Source of the DNA: Lama guanicoe
Lineage: Eukaryota
DNA length: 64,000 bases
NCBI GenBank assembly: GCA_013239625.1
Contig: MU057357.1
Coordinates: 36,998,741-37,062,740 of the forward strand
Direction of reading: 5' to 3'
The notes beneath the pieces were generated by a model. That model was not told the origin of the DNA. It worked only from the letters and a program-made list of their open reading frames with translations, and ran no database searches. Of this stretch, positions 60,797 through 64,000 are shown piece by piece. Position numbers and translations under genes: made by a program. Positions within the stretch are counted from its first letter, which is position 1; the number at the start of each line of letters is the position of its first letter.

Positions 60797-60898
60797 GTAT
60801 GTCTAATTTTATAAAGAAGCAAAATTTGAAATTATTTGCATTGATTTAATTTTTAAAAACTCTTTTTCACCTTCATCTGCCATACTCTTATTTTTCAG

Positions 60899-61486
60899 AA
60901 CCACCTGAAATAGACATGAAGAATTTCCCAAGCCACACCGTCTATGTTAGAGCTGGTTCAAACCTTAAAGTTGACATTCCAATTTCTGGAAAACCACTGC
61001 CCAAAGTGACCTTATCAAGAGATGGTGTCCCCCTGAAAGCAACCATGAGATTTAATACTGAAATTACTGCCGAGAACCTGACCATCAATCTCAAAGAAAG
61101 CATTGCTGCTGATGCTGGAAGATATGAGATCACTGCCGCCAACTCCAGTGGAACAACCAAAGCTTTCATTAACATCGTCGTACTGGACAGGCCTGGTCCC
61201 CCAGCTGGCCCTGTTGTGATTAGTGATATAACTGAACAAAGTGTGACTCTCAAATGGGAGCCTCCTAAGTATGATGGCGGAAGTCAGGTTACCAATTACA
61301 TTGTACTCAAGAGAGAGACAAGTACCGCAGCATGGACTGAAGTGTCTGCGACAGTTGCAAGAACNNNNNNNNNNNNNNNNNNNNNNNNNNNNNNNNNNNN
61401 NNNNNNNNNNNNNNNNNNNNNNNNNNNNNNNNNNNNNNNNNNNNNNNNNNNNNNNNNNNNNNNNNNNNNNNNNNNNNNNNNNNNNN
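60899..61486 (+). CDS. TTN: TTN exon ~328, Ig A123 + Fn3 A124 (3' end hidden in N; end estimated)
   Basis: Readable 60899-61364; end inferred from the 588-nt Ig+Fn3 exons 320 and 324. Confidence 0.82.
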
Positions 61487-61575
61487 NNNNNNNNNNNNNN
61501 NNNNCAGAGATCCCAGGTTTCCCTTTAAATATTTTAAATGTCTATGTTAACTTATGGGACTTCTCTCTTTTATAG

Positions 61576-61878
61576 CAACACCTGGACCGCCATCTACACC
61601 ATGGGTCACTCATGTTACTCGAGAAAGCATCACTGTGAGCTGGCATGAACCAGTGTCCAGTGGAGGCAGTGCAGTTACAGGATATCACCTGGAAATGAAA
61701 GACAGAAACAGTGTCTTATGGCAAAAAGTCAACAAAATGGTCATCCGCACAACTCACTTCAAAGTCACAACGATCAGTGCCGGACTTATCTATGAATTCA
61801 GGGTGTATGCAGAAAATGCTGCTGGTATTGGAAAACCCAGCCATCCTTCCGAACCAGTCCTAGCCATTGATGCCTGTG
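61576..61878 (+). CDS. TTN: TTN exon ~329, Fn3 A125
   Basis: 303 nt. Confidence 0.95.
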
Positions 61879-61994
61879 GTATGTATTTTTCACAAGGAGG
61901 ACAGTTCTGATTGCTTAAAAAAATGCAAACCTTATTTCTGCAGAGCAAAATAATGACATAAATGCCACTAATCTGCTTTCTGTTATTACCACAG

Positions 61995-62291
61995 AACCCC
62001 CAAGAAATGTCCGTATCACTGATATTTCAAAGAACTCTGTCAACCTTTCATGGCAACAACCAGCTTTTGATGGAGGAAGCAAGATTACAGGCTACATCAT
62101 TGAGAGACGAGATCTTCCAGATGGCAGATGGGCCAAGGCCAGCTTTACCAATGTCACCGAGACTCACTTCACCGTCTCTGGCTTGACTCAGAACTCCCAG
62201 TATGAATTCCGTGTCTTTGCTAGAAATGCCGTTGGATCCATCAGCAATCCATCTGAGGTTGTAGGTCCCATTACTTGCGTCGATTCTTACG
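61995..62291 (+). CDS. TTN: TTN exon ~330, Fn3 A126
   Basis: 297 nt; PPRNVRITDISKN...CVDSY. Confidence 0.95.
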
Positions 62292-62412
62292 GTAAGCACG
62301 TTTAGCACTTTGAATCTCAACAGCAATTTAACTTAGTATTTTGTCTTATGGGTCCTAATCTATAGGATAACTTTCACTGTGCACCTTAGTTAGATTATAA
62401 GAAATTATGAAC

Positions 62413-62533
62413 TAGCTGGGAGTCTTAGGAAAATTCCTTAACCCCTCTTTAGGCCTCCTAACTTCACTGTAAAACATGAGATTTAGACTACAGGATAGCT
62501 AAAGGCTTTCGAGCTTCAACCTTTTATGATTCT
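62413..62533 (+). mobile_element. MIR/MIR3 relic
   Basis: CTTAACCCCTCT..CTGTAAAA..TAGACTA..TATGATTCT. Confidence 0.5.
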
Positions 62534-62663
62534 TTGATTGTATGAGTTGCTGCTTTCACATTTTTACTTTAAATTTTCACCGTCAATAATAAAATCATGG
62601 TTGAATGCCCAGAGAATATTCCTCTTAAATAAGTGAAAGACTAAACAGAGTCATTAATGGTGA

Positions 62664-62830
62664 TAATATTAGCAGTAGCTAACATTTACTCGGTACTTTC
62701 CATGAATTCTCTCCCCTACTTCTAACAGCCTTAATGTTAACCAGTTTTACAGAAGAGAAACTGAGGTTTAGAGTACTTATATCCTTTCCCCAACATCAGG
62801 CAGCTCACTGATGACAGAGTGAGGACTCCC
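62664..62830 (-). mobile_element. MIR relic
   Basis: TAGCTAACATTTACT..TTTTACAGAAGAGAAACTGAGGTTTAGAG. Confidence 0.7.
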
Positions 62831-63663
62831 AGAGACAGAATGCAGAATTCTCTCTACATTGCTGTCAGCCCAAAACACACATACTTGACCATTCTGGAAA
62901 ATAAGTGGCACACTAAACTGAACAGAGTCTTAAAAATTAAAACTTCACAAGAATTCACCCTACAACACTTTTTCTAAAAGTCCCCCATTTTCAAGGAGGA
63001 GTCTCTATGGTGTCTGAGCTAAAGCATCCACTCCCGTCCTCACGCTGGGAATCCCAGGGCTTCTCTGTATGAACCAGGCTTTGTGAACTGTGCATCAGTA
63101 CTTGGGAGACTGCAAAACAAGTCACATTTCATTCTGTTTCTTAAAAGTTCCAAGCAGCCTGACAGAAAATCAGTCCAGTGAAGTACAGAGTTCTGTGAGT
63201 AGGAAATTCATAACTCAACAGACCAACATGACTGCCCCCACTTAGATACCAGTGAACTGGGAAGGGAAACTAAGAAGAATAGGAGGTGCTTAGAGGAAGA
63301 GGAGGGAGGACCTAGAATGAGAGAAAATGTAGAATGCAGCTTCTCCAATGATGTTCTCACTGCTGTATCCCATTTTATCATTGGAATAAAACACCTCAGA
63401 GACTTTAAAGTACCTTTCAAAGGCATTGAAGTCCCTGTGCAATTACTGCAGTGTCACTGGGGTACGAAGCTTGCTCACCATTTTTCTTCCCTATCTGGGA
63501 GAGAAGAGCGGCTTATAAAGCTTAAATGTAAATGTACAGGATCAGAACTACTGTTTGTGTATATGTTAATTCATAAAGGCCAGGGAGCTTACTTTGAAGT
63601 TGTTGCCATTATTTTTTTAATCCTTATAATCTTTTAAATATTTCTCATCTGTTTTTCTTGCAG

Positions 63664-63951
63664 GTGGACCTGTGATTGATTTGCCTCTAGAATATACAGA
63701 AGTTGTCAAATACAGAGCAGGTACATCTGTGAGGCTCAGAGCTGGCATTTCTGGCAAACCTGAGCCTACAATTGAGTGGTATAAAGATGATAAAGAGTTA
63801 CAAACCAGTGCACTGGTGTGTGTTGAAAATACCACTGACCTTGCATCTATACTCATCAAAGAGACAAATCGCCTTAATAGTGGAAGCTATGAGTTAAAAC
63901 TAAGGAATGCCATGGGTTCAGCCTCGGCCACCATCAGAGTGCAGATCCTTG
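63664..63951 (+). CDS. TTN: TTN exon ~331, Ig A127
   Basis: 288 nt. Confidence 0.95.
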
Positions 63952-64000
63952 GTAGGTGCTGAGTACAGGCCAACATCATATTTTGTTTGCCTAAAACTTA

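Larger units (their letters stand above)
1..64000 (+). other. TTN: Titin gene, internal fragment (I-band end to A-band C-zone; exons ~250-331)
   Basis: Continuous run of Ig-I and Fn3 domains (PGPP..W.PP..DGGS.I..Y.VE..Y.FRV.A.N..G) in titin order: six consecutive Fn3, 6x(Ig-Fn2-Ig-Fn3), then (Ig-Fn2-Ig-Fn3-Ig-Fn3)n; GT-AG exons with compatible phases; 17,106-nt exon. Confidence 0.99.

Noticed and set aside
1516-63859. Numerous 60-230 aa minus-strand ORFs
   Set aside because: Most mirror titin exons codon for codon (GGPG from PGPP); they are antisense shadows, and several are inflated by N-runs.

Overview
The whole window is an internal 64-kb piece of a mammalian titin gene (TTN) on the + strand. 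I resolve 82 GT-AG exons, equivalent to exons 250-331 of the human meta-transcript. Numbering is anchored on the 17,106-nt giant exon (326), and the first Fn3 exon then falls at 252 as expected. The exons encode the last I-band Ig domains, the I/A junction (I106-I118), all six 7-domain D-zone super-repeats (A1-A42) and C-zone 11-domain super-repeats 1 to part of 8 (A43-A127). I saw no stop or frameshift in the readable exonic sequence. Twelve N-runs behave as length-preserving masks. Most introns are about 83-130 nt. The longer ones carry TE relics (MER20, MER44-like Tigger, L1, MIR, L2), a tRNA-derived SINE that suggests a camelid host, and an unusual ~190-nt polyadenylated, TSD-flanked, non-tRNA retrocopy. 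I find no wholly new gene system. The best leads are: (i) well-formed minus-strand exons nested in TTN introns 316 and 330, possibly a TTN-AS1-like antisense transcript; (ii) the dimeric LTR-R-like retroposon in intron 295; (iii) a putative L1 3' transduction in intron 275; (iv) a MEF2/MCAT/E-box cluster and an interrupted proline-rich ORF in intron 278; (v) a stop-free in-frame intron 271. Exon and domain numbers and repeat family names come from recall and need database confirmation.
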